A stretch of DNA of 64,000 bases, taken from the NCBI GenBank assembly GCA_964658305.1, contig OZ210885.1, positions 4,216,001-4,280,000 on the forward strand. The letters are read 5' to 3'. Source of the DNA: Leptogorgia sarmentosa (taxonomy: Eukaryota). The translations under genes were made by a program, and so were the position numbers. How positions within the stretch are numbered: the stretch's first letter is position 1; every line of letters starts with the position of its first letter. This document shows, piece after piece, positions 11,511 to 23,500 of the stretch. The notes beneath the pieces were generated by a model. It saw only the letters and a list, made by a program, of their open reading frames with translations. It had not been told where the DNA came from and ran no database searches.

Positions 11511-14500
11511 ATGAAGGATTCCGCCAAAGTTACAACATCCAATCTTCAAGTCCCAGAAATTGTTCTACCCATGCTAGAAATTAAAGGTAAGCCTTTGCGG
11601 TGATTCGGTGAGATGAATTGACCAAAACCCTATTCTCGTAATTTCACAAAACCAATACTTAATGATTTCAGTCAGTGAGGGAACCATGTCATGAACATAC
11701 AATATCTTGTCTATAGCTAAGTTCTTTTCTTATCATGACAGTAATCTTAAGTTGTTGTTTCTTAATGTGCCTATGCCAACAAGGTAAACCACTGAAGTCT
11801 CTCTAAGTTATATCCGTAATGGCCTCTGTTATGTATTTTAAAGGTTCATGAGAAAGATCAATGTGCTAGATCTATCAAATTGTTGCTTACGCCCGTTTTC
11901 TACTTCATTATATCCCCGCTGGGGGCGAAGAGTTCTGAAAGAGAAATCATTTTTATACATTCAATAACCATAGAAGAATTTGTTCGGCCTCTGCAGTTGC
12001 TGAAAGTTTTCAACCTTTGTCTTACCTTTCACTGGCGGAGCTGAAAAAAAAACGAATTTTATCATATAGTAGACAGGACTGTGAGATCCTTCCCAGAAAA
12101 TACACAGTGAGATATTTTCCATATCTTCACTACTGAAGATATCGATCACGTGATCATTTCCCGCCAATAAATTTGTTTTCAAAATGGTAAAGTTTATCTA
12201 AGAGTAGCGAACCGTTTTTTTATCTTTGTTCAATGAAAAAAAACATGTTTTCGTCGCGAAAATGAAAATACAAGAAAAAACTAAAATGATGCCAAGGCAT
12301 TCTTTGAATTTGGATAATACGATGTGAGTAGTTGAAACGTTTAGCATTATCGATCAAAAATTAATAATATCGACTGGGTTTTACGACTATATAATAAAAA
12401 ATTCCCTCCGCTCATTCGTAAAATATTGTTTTCACCACTTGAAGATAAAATTCATATCTTCGCATCGCCGTCCCTGAAATGTAGAAGTTATCACCAATTT
12501 AGTTTTTTGTCTACCAGAGTTATTGATTCTGTTGTTTCTATAACTTTTAGATCGTATGCAACCAAAAGAAGTCACCGAAAGGACCAAAGTAATGGAGACT
12601 CCATCGAAAAACCCAACATTCAGACTTAAAGTCCCTGAAATTGTTTTGCCCATGCTGGAAATTAACAAAGGTTTGAATTGTTATTAAAATCCTTTACAAA
12701 ATGACGTGTTTCAAGACATTCTGAAGTACTTAGTTTTTGTCTAAAGGCAAGCTGAAGCGAAAAAAATCAGGTCTAAACAGTGGTCTTCAATATGTGTCCA
12801 GTGTTGCATGATTGCGGACAAACTCCAGACGTTCTACTCATTACCGAAACGATACAGACAGATTCCACGTCTCCAACGAAGGCAATTTGTTGAGAATCTG
12901 TTTATATCTTTCTGGTAGAACTTTTTCTACTTGTTGAGTAAACAGCTGCAGCAATTGTGACCTTAAGGATGCTTTCCACTGTTGCATTTTTGCATAGATT
13001 TTTCAAGTGTCTGCTTCTGAAAGATCCCCACACATGGAAAGAACCAGAAAATGATTCCGGTTTTCGAATAGTCAAAAATTACACCATTTTTAGCAGGGTC
13101 GATTTCAGAATATCATTTGTTCTTAAATGACAAATATTATAAGCTTTGTTTAAAAAATCACAGCTGTGGCAGAGATCTTATGTGATGAAGATTTACTTAA
13201 TTAAGCACTCCAGCTAGCGTTCGTGTTTCAAATTGTTCGTAAAATGATACAAACCTACTTTGATATATAGTAGTCCATGCAAACACTTTTAATTTCCACA
13301 TACATAAATTGGCAATTTGCTGTTTTTTTAATAGATCCTATCTGGCCGCAAAATCCAACCAGTAAAGGAAAAAAAACGGAAACCAGTACTTCTAAAAAAC
13401 CAGTACACCTCATTCCAGAAATTACTTTAGCGAAGCTGTCAATAACCAAAGGTGTGCAATTCTTATTTACAATATCAGTAAATATGACTATTATATCTAT
13501 TTAACATCACTTATGCTAATACAATTCGACATGATTTTGCGTGAAAGCTCGGGAAAAATAACGTGTGCATTAAAAGATCAAGTGATAAAATAAAAACAAA
13601 TCAGATCAATTTAATAAAAACCAAAAATAAAGGAGAAAGATAGTGAGCAAAAAGAAAAAAATTCGTAATAGTACTCCCAGTCAAATCTGAAGTGCGATGT
13701 TTCCATATTATATTTAGGTTTAAAAGTTGGCACAACTACATCACGAGCGCAGCTAGTGGCGAAGGTATTCCTGGATAAGTTGGAATATCCACTATCTTTA
13801 AAAAGGAAGTTCAAAAGGTGAGACTATGATCTGATACAAGTGAGATGTTACAGATAAGATCGGAATAATTTTTGGCCCTATATAAAATGTATCGTCAATG
13901 TGTGATTTTTTTACATAAGCCAGGGCCGGTGCTAGAACGTTAATTGGGGTTGGGGGATATTCAGATATTGCCGTTCTGCCGACTAATTTCTTCCGAAATT
14001 AATTGATAAACAACTGATTTCAAAAGTATCAGTCTCAAACTGCGTCTTGTTTTGAATTATATATTGATGATGTCAATTATATATTGAATTATATAATTAC
14101 ATCAAGATGTCCTGTATTTTCGGAATTTGTTTTTTACTTTATGAAAAAACGTCGCGCTTGCAATTATTACAAAGGGCGCCTGGATCCCAGGAACCATTAT
14201 ATCAGGTATATACTATATTTAATGGATATTTCTTCTTTAAAAGGTATCGCCCATGTGAAAAGTTCACGAAACAAGCGGTCAAAACATGGACTACATCACA
14301 AGCGCAGCTACTGGCGAAGGTATTCCTGGATAAGTTGGAATATCCATTATCTTTAAAAAGGAAGTTCAAAAGGTGAGACAATGATCTGATACAACTGAGA
14401 TGTTAGAGATAAGATCGGAACAATTTTTGGCCGACTGATTTCGTTTGGAATTAATTCATAAACAACTGATTTCAAAACAAATCAGTCGGCAGAACGCCAA

Positions 14501-17500
14501 TATATGAATATTTCCCCTCAAGGTGACGATCTTTTTACATAAGCCAGGGCCGGCGCTAGAATGTTAATTGGGGGGGGGGGGGTATTCATATTTTGGCGTT
14601 CTTCCGACTGATTTCTTTTGGAATTAAAAGAAATCAGTCGGCTGAACGCCAATATATGAATATTTCCATCTCCCTCCTCAATTAACGTTCTAGCGCCGGC
14701 CCTGGTATAAGCTCAACAGTCACTAAAATTCTCAATAATACTGTATGCAGAATGTAATGTGGCATGATTATTGAAGTTTCAGTCAAATTGAACACAAGTT
14801 CTAGAAATATTTTAAATAACAATACATGCAACTGGACCTAATCATTTGTTTTGAGAACGTCACTATACAACTCAACCTCTTCAAAAAGAAATTTTACCTA
14901 GTAGTTTGGCAACGTCATTAACTAGGTCAGCGGCGTAGGAAGATTGATAATAAGGGGGGCTCATATTCATATATTCGTGTGCTGCATCATTAATTTCTGT
15001 TGAAATCCATTGTTTTTATCGTCTGTGGACACGAATATATGAATATCAGCCTATGAATATTAGGTGTGACGAATTTTGGAACTTTTTGGGTGCCCACGAT
15101 CAATAAATTGCGGTTGAAGCGGGCGGCACATGTCGTTGCTCAAGGTTATTTATATATTTGCAGACGTCATCCAAACACAGAAACTGTAAAATTATTGTTT
15201 CACGTAAATCAATTCTGGGACGTAGGAACGTTTCAAAAATTGGGGGCCGAACCTCACGAGGCTCCACTATGGTTGGCGCCGAGCGAGAACATTTTGAACG
15301 TGTAGGGTTTGAACTTTGAAATGACAATTTCGGAGTCCAAACTCGACCTTTTTAGTTGGCTTCGTTGGGTATAGAAGTGAAAGATTGTCGACTAAGGCAC
15401 GGCTTTTTGGGAGGGCGGCCCCCTGACGCAGCACAATTGGGGGGGGGGGGTGCGGATAATAGAAATTTTCTTTTCTCCTAACATTTTTCGAAATAGATTC
15501 GACGATCTGGATGCACCCACGTCATCAACTAAAAGACGGAAGGTACGTATTGATGGTACCAATTTTACGTACAAACTTTGCAATGGTCTAAAAGTAAATC
15601 GCGAGCATTAATGCCCTGTTACACGATGTAACTTTTCTTTGATGCAATGAGTCTTCATTAGATTTTCTTAATGACTTTACAAATAAAAAAGTCTTCACTA
15701 ATTTACATGTTTTGAAAGCATGTCTTGAGGTGGAATAAAAGTTTTACAGCTAACCAAATGGTCGAGGATAGGTAAATGCTTCAGTTAGAATGATGCATAG
15801 TAAAATCAGATGTCATTCACCCGCATTTTAGGCAACAAATTACTGCCACAGATTAAGATCACGAAAACGTAATAAACGGTCAAAAAAAGGAAGGTATGAA
15901 TCTCTGCACATTTATTACGTCGCGTTCAAAAGCGTACTTTTAACGGCCGAGAGCGTGCTTTTAAGAGGCCAGAGGCAAAACTGGCGTTGATCGTATTCTG
16001 CTCGGCTAAATACTTTTAAAATTGAAGTACTTATAAACTAAAATTGGGTTTTTATTGATTCGGATAGAGCACAAAAAGTTAGTTAATGATTTCTAGATTA
16101 GTTTCCGAGATATAAAGATTCAGACATTCAAATTTGGCCATTTTATGAAAAAACCATGACCAGCCGACAATTTAAAAAAATAAAGTAAAAAACAAATTCC
16201 GAAAATACAGATTATCGGACATCTTCATTTGAAGATGACTTTGAAATAAAGTCGAAAATTTACAGTCTCAAACTGCGTCTTGTTTTGAATTATATATTGA
16301 ATTCTCAAGATGTCCTGTATTTTCGGAATTTGTTTTTTACTTTATGAAAAAAACGTAGAGCTTGCAATTATTACAAAGGGCGCCTGGATCCCAGGAACCC
16401 ATCATTTCATGTATAAATATATTTAATGGATATTTCTTCTTTGAAAGGTATCGCCCATATGAAAAGTTCGCGAAAGAAGCGGTCAAAAAAGATGTTCAAA
16501 CAAAGGTATGATTCGTTGCCATTCTTGTTGTCATCCGAATATCTGAAAATTACCTCAGACAAATCTCATTTTTGTTAGGCCACCACGACATCTTTAGTTG
16601 GGGAAATATTTCAGTCGTTCTTTCCAAACGAACTAAACAGTTACACGGACAACGAAGTGACAAAATCAATCAGACAACAACCTGTTACACAAAGGTACGT
16701 TATATTTTTAGAATATAAGCGCTATTCAACAATCTGATTGCCTAATAATTGTGCATTGTGACGCATTATATAATACATAATTAACTTCTAACCGTTTAAA
16801 TGGCTAATTATGGTCACGTGACGATGAACGAGCGATTTCTGATGCGATTTTCTCCTTTTGATGGATGTGCTGAGTGCAAACTTCCTCAGTTTTGGACCAT
16901 GAATACTTCTTTTTGGACCATGAATATTTCTTTTTGACCATGAGTATTTCTTATTGACAATGAGTATTTGTTTTTGACTATGGCTATCCCTTTTTGGACC
17001 ATGACTTATTCTTTTTGCACCATGAGTATTTCTTTTTGGACCAGGAGTATTTCTTTTTGGACCATGAGTATTTATTTTTCGACCATGAATATTCATTTTT
17101 GGACCTTGAATATTTTTTTTTTGACCATGAGTATTTCTTTTTTACCACGGGTATTTCTTATTGACCACGAGTATTTGTTTTTGACTATGGCTATCCCTTT
17201 TTGGACCATGAGTATTTCTTTTTGGACCATGAATAATTCTTTTTGGACCATGACTAATTCTTTTTGCACCATGAGTATTTCTTTTTGGACCAGGAGTATT
17301 TCTTTTTGGACCATGAGTATTTATTTTTCGACCATGAATATTCATTTTTGGACCTTGAATATTTCTTTTTGACCATGAGTATTTCTTTTTTACCACGGGT
17401 ATTTCTTATTGACCACGAGTATTCGTTTTTGAACATGAGTATTTCTTTTTGACCAAGAATAAATTCTTTGGACGAGCAAAAATATGAATTGTTTTGAACC

Positions 17501-20500
17501 TTAATCGTAGGTGCACTGGAATGAGTGTGGAAGAGGATCATGACCCAAATATGGAGCACGAGGTAATTTATCTGGGTGTGTAATTTATTGTCATACATCC
17601 AAATATTTCAAGTATCCGGAAGATAGCGTGAAATTAAACTTATCTGACCACAGAAATCACCCCCCCCCCCCTTGAAATGTAGATAAGAAATCATGCAGTG
17701 GTGTTGCTAACTACGAAATTAATCAGATAGATTATTAGATTGATGACCTACATCTCATAAAAGTATTAGGGCGTGATTCCATGAATGTTCTTTCTTTGCG
17801 AAATGCGAAAATTTTCATGTAAAATAATTGTATGCATGTGTGATAAAAGCAAATAAAATTTCTCGAGAAAAAAATTCGCTTCGCCAGGGAGTAGAAGTCA
17901 GTTCTAAAGTGAGTTTCGAAAGTGTGGAGAATTCAGTGGCATTATTCATGTGCGACTATCCGAATTTCCTGAATTTCTATCAGACAATTGCTCGCGGGAG
18001 ATTTCGCTGTCGTGGAATCAGGCCTCTGGCAATTAGTTAACAATATCTTTTTTCAGACAGTAGTAAAGTGGGTTGGTGAACCTGTAAAAGTTTCTGGGGC
18101 AAGAAATTATTATTCCAACGTCCTGGTTGATAACGAACAGGTATTTACGCTGATTGTCAAAATCACGTGATTTGCAGATTGCTGCATGTTGCACACGAAC
18201 TAAAACACATTTGAAGACACACAGTCACCCTTTCACCGATGTGATTTACTTGGCTAGAAATTTGATTTTGTTCCCGAACCTTTTCAAACTTGTGCAAAAG
18301 CAGTGACAACAATATACGGCTCACTGTGGCATTATAGCTAACAGTCTGCCAGACTTACACTGGATCTTAAATTTAAATCCATCTTTCAAAATATCTTTAG
18401 TTTTGGTCTTTAAACGTGACAAATATAATTATATTGTTGCTGTTATTGCCACGACTGCATGAAATCACATCATTCAAAGAGGGACCGACCATGTGTTTTT
18501 AAACTCCTAAAGAGCGCCTAACAGAGACTAACAGATGTTGACGACATAGCGCCCACAGTGCATTTCGTGCTTAGAATTTGAAGAAGGAGATTGACTTCTG
18601 AAAAGACGTTAATTTAAGTTGCATTATTAAACAAAAACGACAATATAATCAATACAATCAATATACTGTTAACGTATAGGTCGATATTGGTGATTATGTT
18701 CGAGTTTGCCCTACGGATCCCAAAGTGCCGCTGTATGTTTGCAAAGTAATTTCAATGTGGGAAAACAATGAAGGCGAAAAATTGTTTCATGGACGATGGT
18801 TCAGGTAAGGTTTGGATACCTTAATCCTTGGACTTTTTGTTTGTATAGATAATATAGTTAATACTGTGAAGGTAAACCTAAAAATTCCCTACCTTGCAGG
18901 TAACCTAGTATGCTATATAGTTAATCTGAGGTATGTTGACATGTTTTTTTTTATTTTCTAAATATAGCCATTGTTGGGACACTGTAATTGGCCATACTGG
19001 CGACCCCAAGGAACTTTTTCTAATTGATCTATGCGATGACAACCCATTAGGCTCCATTTTGGGAAAATGTGTGGTACGTGTACTAATATTACTATTTTAT
19101 AATTTTTTATTATATTCATTGTAGTTGATAAATGAGTTTCGATTGGTCAATTGCATATAGATAAATCAAGCAAAAACGTACCTGCAGATTACTCAGTTAT
19201 AAGAAATACGTTTTAAGCAAATTTTTGTTCAAAACAAACAAAATTACCTCGCCCCTTTTACGAGATAATTATCTTATCCAATTGTCGAGCTCACATATCA
19301 GAGTATAATGGTATGTACCCTCCGTGAAAAAATAAAAACAAATGTAGAATCTAGCTAGAAAATCAAGTGAATCAACAATAAATGAAATCTAAGCTCGTCA
19401 GAAGGAAAATGCACAAAATAAACTACAAATTCACTCAACAAATGTTTCACGATTAATTAACAGACAGAGGAATTGTACACGAGAAACCACGAGAAAACCG
19501 AAATTGCTCGGATTTTAAAGACGTTTTACCTCGAAGCGCGAAAAATGGTCTCGTATTAAGTGCACAAAATGCTAAAAAGCCAGAAAAACGCAAACTACCG
19601 AGAAATCGATTGGCTGCAAAACTCAAACTTGTTCGGCAAAACGAAAGACTGAATATCATTGAAACGATTATACCATTCTGCTTTTCGTATCAATTGTTTT
19701 ATTGAATTTAGGTTAAATACAAACCCCTTAGCGATAACTGGCTCTCGGATTGCACTGGAAAATGTGTCAACAAAGTCAATGACGGGGAATATTATTATCG
19801 AATGTGGTAAGTGAAATAAATCTAAAAATGTCTTTTCTAAGCATCGAGGTTTAATTGTTTTCGAAGCATTTAAACGATATGATTTCATGCATTAGGTTTG
19901 GCGCATGAAAAGTTCGATGTTTGACCTAGGCCTTAGCGGTACAAACGTTTAATGATGGAGGTATCTCATTCATGAAAGCCGGTTTGTCAAGACTTAAAAA
20001 ACATCATGCAATCCAGCAAGACGAATTCACTATTCACGCTTCATAGCTTTCACATCTTTGTACTTTGGAAACAGGCGATGTGTATACGTAGAAGAAATAA
20101 ATAATTACCGTAACCTAAAGCCTTGTACTGTTTCAGGTATGATGACGAATATGCTCGTTTTGAACAACAACTGGAGTATTGCGAGAAGGAGAAAGAAGAC
20201 GAGTGCATTAGTTGCATCAGATCACAAAGAAAAAAACAGGTATATGGTCTGCATACAGTATATGTTTGCAATCCTTAATGTTTCATCCAATACTTTTTCA
20301 AAATCAATTCGGAGGATAAGCTATCTTTATTAGATCAACAAACAGAAAATATGTCCTATGATCAACAACAGCAAATAATGTATGTAGCTATGTTTACCTT
20401 TGTTTTATTTAGTTCCACTCTGCCACCGTAGGGGAACTCCTAACACCTAATGATGTAGCCTCAACTGGGAATTTATTTAGGTAATTTATGATCAAAAATA

Positions 20501-23500
20501 AACCTATAGCTAGTAGCTACATAGATACCGAATCGTGTTATGGAATTTTAATCTGCATCATTTTTTTAGGAATGAAAATTTCTTCACCACATATGTGTAA
20601 TATAGCAGTACCACAACACCTGAAATTTTCAAACATATTTTGTCAATAATATATTCCGCCGATCTCCAAATGTTCCACTGACCCAATGAAAGGTCTTTGC
20701 TCATTTTGTTGAGCTCCGTTTGATCGTTCAAGAAGTGAGTCAAGCCCGTTTTCCACTCCACTATTTCGCAGTCGCCAGTGAAATAATTTGACAGAAAAAT
20801 CATTTTTTTACATTCATTCGCTAGTGAAAAAAAATTGTTCTACATCTCCAGTTGTTCAAAACTTCCAACTTTTGTCTGACCTTCCGCAAATAGCGTCGAA
20901 GAACAGCGAATTGAATTTTTCGGTGGCAAAAATTTTCGCCAGCGGCGACGAAGCTATTTTTCCCTCTCGTAAACGGTCGTTGCCTTCCAAAACGGTCGAT
21001 GCCTTCCCTGCTCGCATTTTAAATGTTACATAATGCATTTCCACTATAAATATTTTTGTTTTCGACATTTTCCAGCGAGCTCGAAATTAGCTCAGACGGA
21101 TAGGCACGCGGTACGTGCGTCTGTCGCAGTTTTAAAGTTCAAGCCCCGGTTCGACACTTTTTTTCGCGTTAGTGATTTCAACTTTTCAATATTTTCCCGA
21201 CTTTTATGGTTAGGGTTAGTATTTTAGGGTTTGGGTTGGGATTAAGCGTATTTCAAATTTTTAAATTTGTCATAAACTAGGCAAAAAGCGAGCAGGGAAG
21301 GCATCGACGGTTTTGGAGGGCAACGACCGTTTACGAAAGGGAAAATTGCGGCGGCGAAATGCGTGAGTGGAAAACGGGTTTGAGACGATTGCTGTTGAAA
21401 CGGGTTTGCTGAACACTAAGAGAACATGTGACATGCAAAGTACGCAGTATCAAACCATTAAAAAATACAGTAGCAAAAAATGTTTACGAGACCTTGACAA
21501 AAAACAAAAAAAAATCATTTGGTAACTATCATATTTTTAAGAACAATCAACATTTTATGCGTTTGATGAACAATGTCTTGAAATAACCTGATTATCAAAC
21601 ATTCCTAAAATAAGCCCAAGAAGGCTTGAAAAGAATTTTTTAGGATATAAAAAAAATTACCAGATCATTTTAGGATACTAGAAAATTTGATCAGGTCATT
21701 CTGAATGATCCTAATCATAAAAAAGTGATGTCGAAATTAGCTACATTGCCACCTTAACGCTACGGTTAATAGTAATAGCTCAATACGTTTTGATCACCAG
21801 GCATGTTATAACATATTCCGCAGATCATTTTATCTTTGTGGTGTTCAGTATGAAATTGGTGACACAGTCTACCTCACACCAGATGCCTTCGATTTCAGGT
21901 AAGCTGTAACTTAATTTCATTTGCTTGTAAAAGAGTCGCATTGTAAATTTTATTCATAATAAAAAAATTATTATAAAATGCGTGAATATTACAGCAAGCG
22001 GAATATACGGAAATTTTGAATCAGAACTAAAATGCAAATTCAACCAACTTCACACAATCGAAATCCATCTTTGGAATGTACAAGTATGTTACGCAATGTA
22101 CAAGTATGTTGCAGTTGGAACGATCAGGACGTGAACCCTCCGCACAGTGCAAATGTTACCCTCTTATCAGTCTTACCTTGCATTTATCTTTTCCAAGATT
22201 CCCACTGGCTGAACCGAAATCGGTTGCAAAAAACTTGGATCATAAGGTAAGTGGAAAGCAAAAATTGTATCTGGGTCGAAAGATAGGTTCCTGCATGTTA
22301 TTTAGAATTCAAGAGTGAAAAATAGAAAAGGAAAAACAGGGGACAATAAATTATTTCATTTGTCAAGGAAAACAGAACTGATATTTTATGCGATTACTTT
22401 GAACTCAAGTTACGTTTACATTGTATCGGATCTCTTGCTTACCGACGCAAAAACCAAGCCGGATTAGGCTTCTGTTTACACCGCAAACGATGAAATAACA
22501 TCAATCTTACAAACAAAACAACCATGCGACGCTCCGCAGTTCGAAGTGGCGCCGATGGCGTGTCGGATCAGCTTTTGTGTCGCTTTTCTTCTAGTGTAAA
22601 TACTAATCGAACCGATTTTGAGTACGAATTTGGAAACATGATTCGAAATGGCTCCGTGGCAAACTCAACAACAACTGTAGGGGCACCGTAAGATGTTTAC
22701 ACATCTGCCGAAGCGCTGCGCGAACGAAACAACAGGTGATCCGATACAATGTAAACGTAGCCTCAGATACTTGTTACATGATGTTTAATTTTTTTAAAGT
22801 CCTATTTCTTTTTCAAAAACAGGACGAGGACCTCTATCCCGAATACTACAGGAAAAAACAAGCGGGACAGAAAATGTCCAATCCTAGACCATTTAACATC
22901 GGTAATGTATACATCATGACCGACTGCGGTGTTAAGGAAGTTAAAAACATAAATATATAGCGCTCAATATACGGTAAAAGCATCAGTAGACAATTAAATT
23001 GCATATTGGCCAATGGATTCACTTGCCATGAAGGGCGTCAATCCTGGGGGGGGGGGGGGGTATGGGGGGGAGGCGTCCCGAAGAAAAATTGTTTTTTGGT
23101 AATCTTAAAACCCCAAGCCTGTATGCTATACATCGTGAATTGTGAAGTACAATCAACAATCTGAGATCAGAAGAAAACTATTCGGAGCCTTCGAATAGTT
23201 ATGCGAATGAAATCCTAATTGGAAAGGCAATAAACCGACCTCAGCCACGTACACACGTTCAAATTTGCTTTTGTCTGAAACCTAGTTTTACCATTCTATT
23301 TTCACCATTTCACCAGGGAGGGAAAAAAAGAATTATCAATTAAAATCATAATATATTGATTCTCTAAAGGACAAATCTTATCAATTAAGAAGAATAAAAC
23401 AAATACGGAGAAAGAAAACGTGATGATGGAATGCACCATTAGAAAATTTTACAGGTATTGCTTTAAACAAATTGAGTCCACGACGGACAAAATGCCACGT

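Noticed and set aside
16788..17598. Repetitive ORFs (HGPKRN.., FWTMSIS..) and a CRISPR-like periodic look
   Set aside because: They are translations of a 21-bp minisatellite; there are no unique spacers or cas genes, and the context is a eukaryotic intron.
20334..20379. Candidate DNMT1-like exon after TTTATTAG
   Set aside because: In-frame TAA in the required phase; exon 20413-20480 fits phase and context instead.
21205..21245. TTAGGG-like motifs as interstitial telomere (also ~3070, ~11000, ~35625)
   Set aside because: Only a few degenerate units, at least two sets inside a dispersed MITE.
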